Assembly: GCF_006345805.1 (NCBI RefSeq)
Contig: NC_042997.1
Location: 154,008,001 to 154,072,000 of the forward strand
DNA from: Octopus sinensis
Lineage: Eukaryota
Direction: 5' to 3'
Length of the DNA stretch: 64,000 nucleotides
The notes beneath the pieces were generated by a model, which did no database searches, was not told the origin of the DNA, and saw only the letters and a list, made by a program, of their open reading frames with translations. The translations under genes were made by a program, and so were the position numbers. Shown here one piece after another: positions 62,856-64,000 of the stretch; positions within the stretch are counted from its first letter, which is position 1; every line of letters begins with the position of its first letter.

Positions 62856-63585
62856 TCACATCTTCAATATCTCAAAAGCTAAGAGATAATACATAATTAA
62901 TTCAAAACGATATGAATAAATAAATAAGCATGACATATGACAGAATAATCTGAATAATAAAGGGTAAAAATTGAAAGCCTGGAGTGGTCTCTGGTGAGTT
63001 GGTACTGGATGAACCACTCATTATAAAATGTCAATGGAACTCATTTATCCAGAAGATGAGTTCCCTATGTAAATCATTGTTTTACATTCATGCTCCATGC
63101 TGGCATAGATTTAACCCTTTAGCATTTAAACTGGCCATATCTGGCCTAAATATTCAACCTGTTTTATGTTCTAACTGGCTAGATCCAACCTCTCATATCT
63201 GTCCTACAATGTTAGTCTAAAAATAAACAATCACATAATCAAAATCTCAAAACTTCAAGATAATGCAGGATAAATTCAAAACAGAATAATGTGAATGCCA
63301 AGTCAGCTGTTTGGAGTTACTGGTTTCCAAGACAGATTGGAGGAAACCATGTTTTATTCATATGTTTTCATTTGGTGAGGTTTCTACTGCTGTATGCTTT
63401 CCTTAATACCAACCACTTTACTAAGTGTAGTGGGTGCTTGTTATTGTGGCACCAGCACAAGAGAAGTTGCTTTGTCTACTCTAAGCTTTGTCCATGTATT
63501 CAAGGCATACTTGGGCAAAGTTAGTATGAGTGAAATTAAAGAGAGACTGTTGAGTTTTATATTGAGCTTTGGTGTTGGAGAAGAC

Positions 63586-63915
63586 TTTTACGGATTCCAT
63601 GGACAGTGAGGCTCAACAATGGAGAAGTTCTTCAGCAGATAAGGCCAAAAATGTCACTAGAAGCTAGGATCACCAAGCATAGATTGGCATATTTCGGTCA
63701 TATTATGCGGAGAAAATCCCAGGAGAAGGACATCATGCTCGGAATGGTCAGTGGCAAGAGAGGAAGAGGCTGACCAAGAACCCGCTGGCTTGACACCATC
63801 AAGAGAGATACCGGAATGGACATAGTCAATCTGAATGAAGCGGCCCAGGATAGAACTGACTGGAGGACACTGATTCAACAAGTGACCGACAGTCGACTTC
63901 GACTGAGCGGTTAGA
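63586..63915 (+). mobile_element. RTE LINE 3' fragment, same family as 4061-4385
   Basis: KDIMLGMVSGKRGRG...WLDTIK...DRTDWRTLIQ. Confidence 0.85.
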
Positions 63916-64000
63916 AGAAGTGTCAGAAAAACTGGTTGCAGCTTAGAAGATGTAATGCTCTGCAGTCTCTCTCTAATTTCACTCATGTCAACTTCCCCTT

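Overview
Repeat-rich, AT-rich animal genomic DNA. The SINE families, (TA)n/(CA)n load and TE mix look like an octopod cephalopod, though this is recognition, not a database result. Only one intact protein-coding ORF is well supported: an intronless, minus-strand purple acid phosphatase (ACP7/PAPL-like, 29154-30731). It has a signal-like N-terminus, an extra C-terminal hydrophobic anchor and a GDHE motif where GNHE is canonical. Two CpG-rich promoter-like islands (about 9.1-9.45 kb and 53.2-53.45 kb), a probable coding exon at 53926-54251 and a few short exon candidates point to intron-rich host genes that could not be reconstructed. The rest is decayed mobile DNA: hAT, Tc1/mariner, piggyBac-type MITEs, Helitron, Helentron-like elements, RTE, RTEX-like, CR1, L1/Tx1, HERO-like, a CsRn1-like Gypsy 5' end, a Penelope-like (PLE) GIY-YIG fragment and many SINEs. 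The most interesting signal is a set of minimal type I hammerhead ribozyme motifs with palindromic stem III at 3788, 15436, 41711, 42675, 51954, 52494 and 52692. Several carry a C-C-GA(U/C)GA core and sit beside (TA)n tracts or in fold-back structures. One lies in a terminally redundant 352-nt unit with a 246-bp inverted copy (52284-52899), which resembles a circular-RNA retrozyme insertion.
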